A stretch of 64,000 nucleotides of DNA from an uncultured virus (IMG/VR IMGVR_UViG_3300024289_000017) (taxonomy: Duplodnaviria; Heunggongvirae; Uroviricota; Caudoviricetes): the IMG/VR virus record IMGVR_UViG_3300024289_000017. The stretch is one strand, 5' to 3'. The notes under the pieces were generated by a model. The model was not told where the DNA came from, made no database searches, and saw only the letters and a list, made by a program, of their open reading frames with translations. Position numbers and translations under genes: made by a program. Shown here one piece after another: positions 41,801 through 48,317 of this stretch; positions within the stretch are counted from its first letter, which is position 1, and the number at the start of each line of letters is the position of its first letter.

Positions 41801-42340
41801 TGTTGTGCTTGTCTTATCCGAATATAATATGATCTCAGAATCTATTTGAATTATGCCATTTTTTTCTGGAAATCCATAAGTTGATTCTACTGTTACTGTT
41901 AAATCGGTAAAATCAACATCACTTTTTAAAAATGTCGTTGATTTAGATTCTGAAGAAAATTCTAAGATATCTCCTGGAACAGCAGGTAACACAAAAGATA
42001 CTGATAATCCATCAGTTGCAAAATAATCAATGTCTTTTTGTAACTTCAGACCATTTTTATAAACAATAAGATCTTCTGGAGAATAACCAGTAGAAATTAC
42101 AAAATAATTTTCTGGAGACTGTGGTTTTATTGTTACGACACGGTTAAATAAACTATCATACAGTTTGTCAATTTTTAAATACTGATCAATGTTTTGGAGA
42201 ATATCTAAAGTTCCTCCCTGAGACTCAACTGAGTTATAATATTCTTTTAAAAACTCACTGACAAGAGGATATTCCTCTTGCACAAAGTCTGGAAGTTGAT
42301 TCTGTACGATTGAACTGATTTTAACTCGTGTATCTTTCAT
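29858..42340 (-). CDS. gp7: Baseplate wedge initiator gp7 (4160 aa)
   Basis: NQLPDFV, FYKSKGT, HSPIIGWAYDGNPIYGPYG, YYQYFSYAIKS; between gp6 and gp8. Confidence 0.88.
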   Translation of the reverse strand: MKDTRVKISSIVQNQLPDFVQEEYPLVSEFLKEYYNSVESQGGTLDILQNIDQYLKIDKLYDSLFNRVVTIKPQSPENYFVISTGYSPEDLIVYKNGLKLQKDIDYFATDGLSVSFVLPAVPGDILEFSSESKSTTFLKSDVDFTDLTVTVESTYGFPEKNGIIQIDSEIILYSDKTSTTFNNCTRGFSGITSYHSSNNPDQLVFSTSSISTHTTNTKVLNLSSLFLKEFLFKIKKQLLPGFENRTFADGLNEKNFLLQAKDFYKSKGTDDSYKLIFKALFGEDVSVVKPRDFLLKPSDSKYRVSKQIVVESILGNPIDLENRTLYQDENDFHGKAYGSVSKVEKIVRQNKTYYVLSIDSDYNKDINVQGSIYGNFYIHPSTKNVSEIKQNQYFIDVDSTLGFPSYGELIFNVNGVDYKTKYSYKNINQFFITPLSDIIVPEGTDIKLNQYAYAYASDNSIIQVRITGVLSDLSYSILNSSMTKGDPIKTITLGYEAKGVLPNTWKFNVVNSYDVKEIKGPTASNITQNTFSYNITTYDDHNFSLGDSADLLSSGGIKLLYNVVGIDNEKSISIEGPKVENLNLRYTIQRKLKKPRFSNFKFINDSTANIQNVYIKDENNIYVAANSIPDYLNEDIQIKNTDIIFSGSFNQETLDLSSGNPNNLHGLYTGDAIIYIKNDESVVNSLDILGKVYYVKRIDNTKIKLSNSKSDLFKNKFVTVSGTVTDNIFRKLKFENASLSPQNYVKNITQSSTSGRNEETPVGPIGVFVNGVEAYNYKSDDKVYYGGIQSINVITGGENFDVINPPIAVVEDSLGIGASLITHVNGSLERIDVLDGGFDYVEEPVITITGGNGYGAYAKPNLTPFKHNVSFISDSSSGLVNLANNTIGFSSYHKFRDYENIVYLTYGSTAVGGLSTNAQYYASVQDAYNIKLHKTFNDAVSGINTIDLTSHGSGIHAFESVLTKRKISSINVIDSGFGYTNKQTFCSSSGINTSSNTIKIFDHGYESGEIVVYNSSETPVGGLSDNNSYYITKLNKDEFRLSLVGIATTNKDFYYRTNQYINFVSSGSSTHSFNYPEINVQITGKIGVSTLTGQNFNAKLQPIFRGSITNLFVKNPGVGYGSSEIINYERQPRITLGIGSGAQFSPIINNGRITEILVLNQGNSYTAPPNINILGIGTGAVLTPVINNGKIVEVKVVNGGSGFTTSSTYVNVVPSGQNFKCETKIKSWTINKVQQYLESKKVLDDDGIIDVSSYTINGSQYCHLYAPRKLRRSVFGIDYVNGKKTYVADLKLSNSREVTSYVHSPIIGWAYDGNPIYGPYGYDNPSGSGNIREMVSGYVYQPSSDRPNPISSGNRIYSEGFFVEDYQFNGSGDLDRHNGRFCITPEYPNGVYAYFATINNGPTETDGVFKNYKKPVFPYLIGNTFKSDSIQFNYDRSISQNTFDFVSEQLLRNTTPYKFTSNTSNYDFVFNPIKVKEPVSIVKSSTSGRISNIGIVTGGSGYKVGDLVRFNNFNSGGSDAYAHVSYVKGKSIKNISFASTSSQSVEFYPYDSTGKFIGFCTLPHSLFNKDIISISGLSTSSKDFDSLFEVGIRSDTLILSKSVGSSSATGIVTYFEVNGSLNFPNIRENDIYKIDDEKVRILSIDKLSSRIKVIREYDSTVGASHTATSVLYEQTRKFVVNSINGQNQNYNLNKTIYFDPKESLSIGSSSGASIGSTIYFSNPGAGITNIFVPTKTMYLPNHSLDTGTELIYSSNGGSPFYVSDDGSVNFQLADNQVLYATKISNDLVGISTYRVGLGSTGSFVGIDSSISASLLYFINIGSGVNHSFKTNYDNVLSGEIVKNTITVSTASSHGLSNGEVIYMNSLPGITTTITVKYNDKHRRLVINPVSFISSKVNITNNTINIPNHGYYTGQKIIYSSNTPIGGLLDNQIYYIVRFDKDRIKLSSSYYNSTKTIPEIIDFTSASFGTISLVNPELNVIPNQVVRFDLSDSSLSYIKDQNSYPAFDFKLYFDPSFSEEFKKTTDSSQFEIVKSGKIGSNAIVTLTTNNLNFDLYYSLVPIDLLSNSSIKKEIITDDEVRNNNKLSLTNSGYSGYHTILGVGQTTFKFNILTYPESLSYTESDGFFEYYTNSKNVTGCIEDLELRSGGRNYSSVPGITSVISNTGRGAIFNISSTDIGSIKKIEIDDIGFEYSADTTLRPSAKLPQILTINPSSTFKSVGVSSVGINYTLSPKLVVIDSYTNKVVTDIDLEYDILNKKVNILKNTDGIYDATPKILPVNNSNGIPVNNITFNSTTKDVTVELAVNFSYGQEFPLSIGDKILVESANIISSGSTSFRGYNSKNYNYELFTLTSVNPQYGGSGATVVYNLSNYLGVNENPGTFDEENSAAIIVPSKYFPIFDPVLEKGKFIKGEKVTSDSSYGNVLNWNQYSEQLKITSKDYFNTGVFIRGETSNTKGIITKIEDLIAIYSVDGSSVVNQGWEDEVGFLNNQFQVTPDNNYYQYFSYAIKSKVDYETWNKSIGNLNHTSGFKKFGDLVAESVDSGFTGISTVQDQGNFIGIADLVSEVDLNCINDYDLVKERVITIDSNYFSKEIAFSSISLQDELQSIGNRVLLVDDFSDQFSNIPKTDTYSNIESFVLSTIRAKKYVTYVRDKKFSGLRQICLVSLVQDELESYMLQYGKVSSNYDLGSFDFSILGSQGILRFYPINYTINDYDISVMSYSISDSVSSVGNTSLGNIATLESSRAVIPPSTTTTIVGIGSSYRSSKVLVELTASDGTYFEFSELTLIHDGTNVNITEYGRLSNANRLAYSGLDSIGTYSAYISGSVINLDFTPNVGVGTTYFANTLGISIGSTSSAVTSGNLTFNTGELKSTYTSILSSASPTETKISTYDTNHSGAYYFIVAEDTTNNRYKASEVVLVDDGGETYLLEYGTIETVSGSGIGTIGAGIGSTGTNLYFTADPNISVDVRVYQHAMRVVDTSNSFEFYNFNNANILSRFSSYEGTFNSVKKSFDLKHKETPIFQRRIDSSDTSIVNIENNTIRLPKHFFVTGEELVYNSGGGEKIGIATTTIAGIGTTDKVPSTVYAIKVNDLSIRLSASAENALKPIPEPLILTSVGIGTTHTFTSTKQNSKCLISIDNFIQSPIVSTSTTTTLSNLSQLNEETISLSGISSIFGGDLLKIDDEIVKVNSVGFGSTNVLLVSRGWMGTNPDDHSNGSLVTKIMGNYNIVDNTIHFIDAPYGNSPIGTITNRPDARDFTGITTRSTFSGRVFLRSGIENSNEDTYKTNYVFDSLDEQFSGVSTQFTLKSSGSNVSGLSTSGSSAVILINNVFQEPQRLGSINIFGDYKLEENSGITTIGFTGNISSTAYDINTSSIPRGGIIISVGSTQGFGYQPLVSAGGTSIVSSAGTISSISIGNTGSGYRSSLKYEIITKVSTTVGSGQTIIPIDNIDGVFGKLLFSSANTIGIGSVLVNVPIVSVGSTYITIGAASTTSQIISKDATALISLNSPMVGLVDVGVKTSSTGLLNYQFVGFATILSGHISNNVIITNPGSGYTTSNPPTVVFESPLNYSDIPLVYSGGYSGVGTQATIDIIVGQGSSVVNFEIKNLGYAYKVSELLTVPVGGLVGIPTDPTKPFRNFEITIDQVFSDQFSGWSIGDFQVIDKVENLFNGRRRNFPIKIDGIQTAIRSLSGSSIDVQSTLLVFINDILQVPGSGYIFNGGSIITFTEAPKEGDSCKIIFYKGTSQVDVVFADILESVKVGDNLRINGDSISLKENERLVTDIVSSDSVETNPYSDVGLSLDENLVRPVVWCKQTEDKIVNGKEVGKDRILYESLIQPTTNIIQNVSVGSTEIFVQNAKIFFDDLRENATVPYKTKILITSQDSLVGASATAVVSIAGTISAISLTNGGLGFTTSPSVTISSPTGIGSTCLVTSSISSGIVTSFTITNPGSGYTQSKPPYVLISYPSPKTEKIEDVTYEGDFGIIVGVQTTSVGIASTGIIFDLFVPTESYLRNTNINVGVATTGISGIKTDYYFTIFNSNIGYGITSLDSSSSIVGVGTSCLDNVYKVASVSIAQTSVPGIGVTNVSRVIVSVLGYNGLSGMGYSAFYGEYSWGKINTTVRKRPKSFTSYTNNGISGLSTSAVIQRINPLRYVGYSTTLQ

Positions 42341-42341
42341 G

Positions 42342-44255
42342 TTATTCTCTTATAATTACTCCGTTACTGTAACTTGTAGTTTTTGTATAAGATGATCCTG
42401 ATGGATCATCTCCAGAAGAAATTCTATCTGGCAAAGTTTGTATTGACACATTATCAATACTTAGATTTAAATATAAATCCTGTAAACCTATAACATCGTT
42501 TGATTCTGGTATTGCAGATATTTCTATTACAGGTTCACCTCCACTTTCTTTAGATGTTCCGACAATGTTAATAGCATTTAAGTAAATTTCTCCCTTTACA
42601 TAATCAATTGAACCTGCATTTGAATTTACTATTCTATAAGATTGAGCAGAGTCTAGATAAAATAAGAAAATAGTTCCAGTTAAACCGTTTGATAAGGGTG
42701 AATCACTTAAATAGACCGTCTGAGCAATACCAGGAACGGTAAATCCAGAAGATTTAATGTTAAATCCATTAAGATTTTTTATATGAAATTGGTTACCAAA
42801 ACATATTTCATAAGTCGCTAAACTATTTAACACAGATTTTAAATCACGCCTCATTTCAACTTTTGTTATATTTGAAGTAATAGATTCGTGACTATCATCA
42901 ATTAATTTTAAAAATTTGCTATATTTGAATCTAGCTCCATATCGATTTAATTCAGTTGATTTTGCATATTTGTTTATATTTTGATAAACTACATTATTGA
43001 TATACTCCGAAGATGGTGCGATGTTATTGTCGTAATAAATTGTTGAATTAATCTCAAGTATAAGATATTTTAAGTCTTTTATTTCTGGAATTATTCCAGC
43101 CACAGAATATTTTTTAAGTTTCTGTTTGATATTGTCTTTTACACCATTTGGAACAAAAAATCCATTTTGAGGTTTAATTGTAATAAAAACTTTTCCATAT
43201 TCTGGTGGATTTAAATCTTCCCCACCATATACAGAAATAGATTCTGCTTCAGGATAAATTTGTGAGACTATTGCTTCATAATCATTTGCTGTGACTGCCC
43301 TATTCTGCGATGCATAAACCCTTGGGGCATATTTTTTGATAGAATCAATAGACTCTATCTCTTTACCACCACTTCCAGCGGTATTAGTGCTTATCAATGA
43401 TATTTCGCTTAAAACAATAAATCCATTATTGTCTACAATATTTCCACTAAAAACAAAAGATGATACTCCATTTGCAGACTCACCTTTAGTCACAACATAT
43501 GAAATATCAACAATGTTTCCGCTGATCAATTTTCTACCAAAAATTCCATCACCAAATAAAAGTTCATATCTTTGATCTTCTATTTCTTGAATAAAAAAGA
43601 CTCTAGAATCTGCATTGATATTTAAAATATTATCTGATTGAATATATTTTTTTCTTGGACCGAGTTCGCCGTCACGAACCTCAACTCTAATTAAGGAAGA
43701 ATCGATATCAGAATTGTTTAAAATATACTTTTGATTTGGATTTAATGAGTCAACAGTATATTTTTCTGTGATATATGTACCTTCATATATGCTTATGTTA
43801 CTAAATTCTGCAATTCCATTTATAACAGGAACTGTTATGTCATCAGGAATTGAAAAAACATAATTTTCTGATCCAAAAGATGACACCGAAGTAGCGACAA
43901 TTCCTTTTTTCAGTGTCAATGCAACAGGTTTTTGTGGAGAAGAACTAGTTGAGGTATCGACAAAGAAAGAAATATTAGCTCTTGATGCTATTTTAGATCT
44001 GGGGATATATCCAATGCTTCTTGCAATTGATACCACATTTTCTCTAAGAGTGGCACTATCAATAAAAACCTCATTGCTAACCATGTTAGCATTATATGAG
44101 GAAATATATGTATTATATGCAAGTATATCTAAGATTACTGATAGATTCGATCCTTCAAAATCGTAATCAGTAAAATTTGAATTCGATCTAAGGTAATCCT
44201 TAATCGAAGTCTTAATTTGATCAAAATCTAGATTGGTAAAGTTAACTAGTGCCAT
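42342..44255 (-). CDS. gp6: Baseplate wedge subunit gp6
   Basis: LDFDQIK, FTDYDFEGSN, QNRAVTANDY, PPEYGKVFI. Confidence 0.96.
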   Translation of the reverse strand: MALVNFTNLDFDQIKTSIKDYLRSNSNFTDYDFEGSNLSVILDILAYNTYISSYNANMVSNEVFIDSATLRENVVSIARSIGYIPRSKIASRANISFFVDTSTSSSPQKPVALTLKKGIVATSVSSFGSENYVFSIPDDITVPVINGIAEFSNISIYEGTYITEKYTVDSLNPNQKYILNNSDIDSSLIRVEVRDGELGPRKKYIQSDNILNINADSRVFFIQEIEDQRYELLFGDGIFGRKLISGNIVDISYVVTKGESANGVSSFVFSGNIVDNNGFIVLSEISLISTNTAGSGGKEIESIDSIKKYAPRVYASQNRAVTANDYEAIVSQIYPEAESISVYGGEDLNPPEYGKVFITIKPQNGFFVPNGVKDNIKQKLKKYSVAGIIPEIKDLKYLILEINSTIYYDNNIAPSSEYINNVVYQNINKYAKSTELNRYGARFKYSKFLKLIDDSHESITSNITKVEMRRDLKSVLNSLATYEICFGNQFHIKNLNGFNIKSSGFTVPGIAQTVYLSDSPLSNGLTGTIFLFYLDSAQSYRIVNSNAGSIDYVKGEIYLNAINIVGTSKESGGEPVIEISAIPESNDVIGLQDLYLNLSIDNVSIQTLPDRISSGDDPSGSSYTKTTSYSNGVIIRE

Positions 44256-44258
44256 TTA

Positions 44259-44660
44259 TTATCGTGTTGGTTGTAATGCAAATGATAACTGTTGAGGAGA
44301 TACATCAATACCAACTATGTAATATTTAATAGTTACATTAAATTCATAATTATCATAATTTGGAGCAACATTAACCTCTATTAAATTTACTCTGGGTTCA
44401 TAATTTCGAATTGAAGATTCAATTTGATCTTTTACTATAGAAGCACTGATATCATCAATGTTTTCAAATAGAGACTGATTTACATTAGAACCTAAATTTG
44501 GTTCAAAAAATCTTTCTCCAGGTTGAGTTGCTATTAGATTACGAACAGATCGAGCAATAGCATTTTCATTTTTAATCGCAATTAAATCGTAGTTCAGGGG
44601 ATTAACCTGAAAGGATAAACTAATATCTTTAAATGATTTGCTTATCCTTTCAGAAGGCAT
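44259..44660 (-). CDS. gp25: Baseplate wedge subunit gp25
   Basis: FKDISLSF, GERFFEPNLGS, YEPRV. Confidence 0.95.
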   Translation of the reverse strand: MPSERISKSFKDISLSFQVNPLNYDLIAIKNENAIARSVRNLIATQPGERFFEPNLGSNVNQSLFENIDDISASIVKDQIESSIRNYEPRVNLIEVNVAPNYDNYEFNVTIKYYIVGIDVSPQQLSFALQPTR

Positions 44661-44688
44661 GAAAAAAGTAATAATTCTATCTTATTTA

Positions 44689-44943
44689 TCACTGATTTTT
44701 GGTTTCATAAAGGGGTTCTGTGCCATATTCCCAGTCATCGTAGTCAGAATCATTGCGAATTTTTGAGTGAATTTCATTTTGGTGGTAAAAATCATGCTTT
44801 TTGGGTGTCAGATCATCACTTGCGATTTCACGAAGCATTTTTTGCTTAGTAATTTTAGTTTCCCACCCATATTCACTTGACAAATACTCTGTTCCCCACT
44901 CATTTTTCATGAAATTTTGGTCTTTATCGACTTTTTTGGTCAT
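44689..44943 (-). CDS. Hypothetical protein
   Basis: 84-aa ORF, YDDWEYGTEP; fits gene packing. Confidence 0.7.
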   Translation of the reverse strand: MTKKVDKDQNFMKNEWGTEYLSSEYGWETKITKQKMLREIASDDLTPKKHDFYHQNEIHSKIRNDSDYDDWEYGTEPLYETKNQ

Positions 44944-44988
44944 TTTTTTGCTCCTGATTTGTTAAAATCAGAACTTTTTACGGGGTTG

Positions 44989-45192
44989 CTATCCCGAATT
45001 GTTATTATGTCGATGTAAAGTATAATTTTTTTGAATTCTAATATCGGAATTCTTAAAGGTCCAACATTCCCCACTACTATCTAGAAAAACAACCCACTCA
45101 AGATCATGTTCTTGAGATCGATCAATTACAAAAAAAGCCCAACCTTTACCCTTTGGAGTAAAGACTGGGATTTGAGGGTTAAGTTGAATCAC
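44989..45192 (-). CDS. Hypothetical protein
   Basis: 67 aa, TPKGKGWA...WVVFLD..GECWT; start overlaps upstream stop. Confidence 0.7.
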   Translation of the reverse strand: MIQLNPQIPVFTPKGKGWAFFVIDRSQEHDLEWVVFLDSSGECWTFKNSDIRIQKNYTLHRHNNNSG

Positions 45193-45329
45193 CTACCTTG
45201 ACCGCGATACTTTTTCTTTCGTCCGTTACGAGAGGTTGCACTCAATAGTGTGCGAGGAGAACGCCCTTGACGGGTTTTCTTTGGTGCTCCTGGTTCAAAA
45301 ATAGTCTTATTAGATCCACCCTTTGCCAT
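45189..45329 (-). CDS. 46-aa highly basic protein
   Basis: Not in track: MAKGGSNKTIFEPGAPKKTRQGRSPRTLLSATSRNGRKKKYRGQGR; GGAGG SD upstream. Confidence 0.75.
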   Translation of the reverse strand: MAKGGSNKTIFEPGAPKKTRQGRSPRTLLSATSRNGRKKKYRGQGR

Positions 45330-45482
45330 TTAGATTTCCTCCATTTCAATTAAATTAGGATCAATATCTTCTCCAGAGAAATAATCCTCAGAGAGATCTT
45401 GTAGAATCTCACTACACTCTTCCATAGTGAGATTCATGTAAATTTTACGCCCTTTATATAAAAGATTGTAGTGTTTTTCCAT
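45330..45482 (-). CDS. 50-aa acidic hypothetical protein
   Basis: Not in track: MEKHYNLLYKGRKIYMNLTMEECSEILQDLSEDYFSGEDIDPNLIEMEEI; TAATG coupling. Confidence 0.7.
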   Translation of the reverse strand: MEKHYNLLYKGRKIYMNLTMEECSEILQDLSEDYFSGEDIDPNLIEMEEI

Positions 45483-46249
45483 TAGATTACGCGAGTTTTT
45501 TCATGACCTACTCTAATCCGAGGATCGCACCAGATTTCAAAGCCTTCTTCTTTTGCATCAAGACAGAAAGAAACATCCTCTCCACACATATCCTGAACTT
45601 TACCAGACTCAAAGACTTGCATCTTCGGAGCAAACCAAGGATACTCAAGATTCTCAAAGACACCCTTCTTAATCAGAACCCAACCAAATCCAGTGTAATC
45701 AACAGTAAATGGTTTCCGACGCTTTGAGATAGACTCAACGGTTTCATGATTCATTACTCCACCGTTCTTACGGAAATCATCCTCTTCCAACCAGTGTGCG
45801 ACAGAGGTTGTGTGACCATCCTCAGTTGCATACCATCCTGCAACAATTTCCTTCTCTTCACCTTCCTCATTGAGAGCAAGATCACAGAGTTGCCAGAATT
45901 TGTTAGTGTCAAAAACAATATCACTATCAATCCAAAGTTGATAATCATATTGTAGTTTTCCATCCCAAGGAATTTGCTTCGGACCTCTGAGAACATTTGC
46001 ACCGAGTACTTTACAGCGAGCAAAGTTTACCATCGATGAGTAATCCTGAGAAATCTGAATACTCATTCCATTCTGAACCATGTCAAAACAAAGTTGTACA
46101 AATGCTTTCAGAAAAATAAAAGAACATCCTCGACCAGGGAGACAAAAAACAATTGACTTCCCTTTCATTCTCTCTTTAATTGCATCAATATCCCATTCTT
46201 GTTCTTTGGGTTTTGGTGCATTTGCTTTAACTGTGAATCCTTTTGCCAT
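45482..46249 (-). CDS. Glycosyltransferase-like (GT-A fold) protein
   Basis: LWIDSDIVF (DxD motif), YTGFGWVLIKKGVFE, GEDVSFC, VGHEK. Confidence 0.7.
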   Translation of the reverse strand: MAKGFTVKANAPKPKEQEWDIDAIKERMKGKSIVFCLPGRGCSFIFLKAFVQLCFDMVQNGMSIQISQDYSSMVNFARCKVLGANVLRGPKQIPWDGKLQYDYQLWIDSDIVFDTNKFWQLCDLALNEEGEEKEIVAGWYATEDGHTTSVAHWLEEDDFRKNGGVMNHETVESISKRRKPFTVDYTGFGWVLIKKGVFENLEYPWFAPKMQVFESGKVQDMCGEDVSFCLDAKEEGFEIWCDPRIRVGHEKTRVI

Positions 46250-46272
46250 AAGTAAAAATAACCTTCAGATCA

Positions 46273-46302
46273 ATTTTATCAGTCTATATATGCTTTTGTC
46301 AA
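46273..46302 (-). promoter_or_regulatory. sigma70-type promoter for the GT-like gene
   Basis: TTGACA-18 nt-TAAAAT with extended TG. Confidence 0.65.
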
Positions 46303-46493
46303 TGCGAAGAATTCAATAATACTTCCTTATTCAAACAAAGTTCTTCATAACTTAAATCATCCTTTGTAAGGTCCAAATCAAGAAGATCAACCATTCTGTG
46401 CATCATTTCCCAGGTCTCAGAAAACTTATTCTCTGATAAACTGTGATAGACGCACCGACCCTTTGCGTATATGTGATAAACCTTTTCAGTCAT
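46299..46493 (-). CDS. Hypothetical protein
   Basis: 64-aa ORF, YHIYAK. Confidence 0.7.
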   Translation of the reverse strand: MTEKVYHIYAKGRCVYHSLSENKFSETWEMMHRMVDLLDLDLTKDDLSYEELCLNKEVLLNSSH

Positions 46494-46525
46494 AAAAATA
46501 TTTCCGGAATTTTTTCAGTCTCTTT

Positions 46526-46669
46526 TTAGTTTGTAGCCGCATTATATATCAGAACTATCAAAAATCCAACGGGGAGGAATACAATTTTTCCCATTGTCTT
46601 TGGATATCTGATCATCCACCCCGCAAGAATAACTCTCCAGAAATTCCAGTATGGCGTAGATCTTCTCAT
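46526..46669 (-). CDS. Small membrane protein
   Basis: MRRSTPYWNFWRVILAGWMIRYP plus hydrophobic C-terminus; ATG at 46669 preferred. Confidence 0.55.
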   Translation of the reverse strand: MRRSTPYWNFWRVILAGWMIRYPKTMGKIVFLPVGFLIVLIYNAATN

Positions 46670-47069
46670 TTTTTCTTTTTGCGTTTTCTCGAAGCATTCT
46701 TTTGGGCACAAGTTCTTCCCGCACCTTTTGCTTTGTTCTTATTAGGGCGACTTTTACCGTTCTTATGAATCCATCCAAACATTTGAAATACCTCCGGAAA
46801 ATTTTTATGCGTTTGATACTTATAGGTCGATTTGTCACCTCTGTAGGTTAGGGTAGTTTGCTTTTTTTAATAAGGGGGGGGGGCGCAACGCCCGCTTATA
46901 ATAATAACAAACAACATAAAATCGCTGCTAATTCACTATACTGTCAAATCACGAATGTCGATATAAAGAATTAACAACTCACAAAGTAATTATAATACCT
47001 AACTGTTTAACAAACAAAATACTTAAGAACGGGGAGAAAGAATAACTAACTCCCCGTCCCAGTTTACTA

Positions 47070-47210
47070 TCAGAACTCGATGGTATCTGCAGTGGGTTCG
47101 TTCACACTCTCCCCTGCAATCTCTTCACTCACGATAACATCCAGAATGGACAGAATCTCATCACCAGTGTTACCTTGAGCAAGCAGAGAGAACATCATCG
47201 ACTTAGACAT
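47070..47210 (-). CDS. 46-aa acidic hypothetical protein
   Basis: Not in track: MSKSMMFSLLAQGNTGDEILSILDVIVSEEIAGESVNEPTADTIEF; hairpin ACGGGGAG/CTCCCCGT downstream at 47029-47057. Confidence 0.7.
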   Translation of the reverse strand: MSKSMMFSLLAQGNTGDEILSILDVIVSEEIAGESVNEPTADTIEF

Positions 47211-47285
47211 AATCACCAAGAAAGAATAAAGAACTGTTGTGGTGTTAGTTTATAGTCATAACCCAGGACTGTTTGTGATACTAAC

Positions 47286-47477
47286 TCAGCGAACTTGTGT
47301 CACAAAGTTAGTGCCACTGCTACGGTTAGTTCTACAACGATTCCCCTTGGTTTGTGTCATCACTAGGTGAGACTTACGGGGTTTCACTGTTGCTAACCGT
47401 GTCACCTTAACCTTACCTTGAACCTCAGCAATCACGAGATCCAGTGTAGACAACGAAGCAAACTCAGAGACGGTCAT
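47286..47477 (-). CDS. Hypothetical early protein
   Basis: ORF track; ATG at 47477. Confidence 0.6.
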   Translation of the reverse strand: MTVSEFASLSTLDLVIAEVQGKVKVTRLATVKPRKSHLVMTQTKGNRCRTNRSSGTNFVTQVR

Positions 47478-47512
47478 AATCACGAAGAAGTGTGTTGGTG
47501 AGTGATAACAAT

Positions 47513-47830
47513 TCAGTTAAGAATCATACCCTCAGTGAACGGAACTGTTTGGACAGTATCATTCACAAACCACTCGAAGTCTTTCTGATAAACACGAGCA
47601 CCATTTCCATGCTCTTGGAGAATAGCATTGAGACGCGACTTGGTGGTGTTTGTATAATACCCACAAGTGTAAAGTTCAATGAATGTATCACCAATAGTGG
47701 CAATGTGATTCCCGTGCAGATACACATAAGACGCATCTCTTTCGGGAGAATAAGTAACAGAAGTGTTGCTATTCTTCCAGTCGATGCACTTATTGATAGC
47801 GGTATTCATCTGCTTTTCGATGATACGCAT
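47513..47830 (-). CDS. Conserved phage hypothetical protein
   Basis: MRIIEKQM..VYLHGNHIA..TTKSRLNAIL; first gene behind a palindrome promoter. Confidence 0.75.
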   Translation of the reverse strand: MRIIEKQMNTAINKCIDWKNSNTSVTYSPERDASYVYLHGNHIATIGDTFIELYTCGYYTNTTKSRLNAILQEHGNGARVYQKDFEWFVNDTVQTVPFTEGMILN

Positions 47831-47881
47831 TGCAGGAAAGTGTCGGTGGGTTTGTGTGGTTGATCTCTCTTCCACCCTTAT

Positions 47882-47939
47882 AGAATACACGATTTTGGAT
47901 CCTGTGCTCTTTTATTGTGCCACTTTAACTTGTGTCACA
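47882..47939 (-). promoter_or_regulatory. Early promoter, palindrome type (copy 1)
   Basis: TGTGCCAC-N8-GTGTCACA at 47916-47939; -10 TATTCT at 47882-47887. Confidence 0.75.
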
Positions 47940-47961
47940 TGGTATAAACAATCGGAGCAAC

Positions 47962-48135
47962 TCACCATCTGTCAGGTACACTTAGGTCTTCAACATAAGC
48001 ATCACACTTCTCTGCAGGTTCCAACTTGAATAACTTCTCCCAATCAATCTGATGTGGGTCGAAGTCACCGAACACTGATAGATCCAGAGTGATCCTATAA
48101 CGCTGCTTCTGTGCTTGACTGTATGCTACTGACAT
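47962..48135 (-). CDS. Hypothetical protein
   Basis: MSVAYSQAQKQRYRITLDL..IDWEKLF; own sigma70 promoter. Confidence 0.75.
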   Translation of the reverse strand: MSVAYSQAQKQRYRITLDLSVFGDFDPHQIDWEKLFKLEPAEKCDAYVEDLSVPDRW

Positions 48136-48153
48136 AAGTGCGCTCCGTTGGTG

Positions 48154-48192
48154 TATGTGAAACACTATAAGATGCCTGTGAGAACTTGTCAA
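48154..48192 (-). promoter_or_regulatory. sigma70 promoter
   Basis: TTGACA-17 nt-TATAGT on the minus strand. Confidence 0.8.
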
Positions 48193-48266
48193 GTCCTGTG
48201 GGGTATTTATGAGCGAGTGGTGGATTTATGTGGGGGATGTGTGGGGATTTTGTGACGCTGGGGGTA

Positions 48267-48295
48267 TTGACATTTGTGCGGAGTGCTGATATAAT
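48267..48295 (+). promoter_or_regulatory. Perfect consensus sigma70 promoter firing against the gene direction
   Basis: TTGACA (48267-72), 17 nt spacer, TATAAT (48290-95) with extended TG. Confidence 0.85.
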
Positions 48296-48317
48296 GCACG
48301 GTAAGATCACAAGGTCT

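Noticed and set aside
46542..46838. 98-aa minus-strand ORF
   Set aside because: Overlaps the more plausible MRRSTP membrane ORF in another frame; no motif support, although a short real ORF near 46680-46840 cannot be excluded
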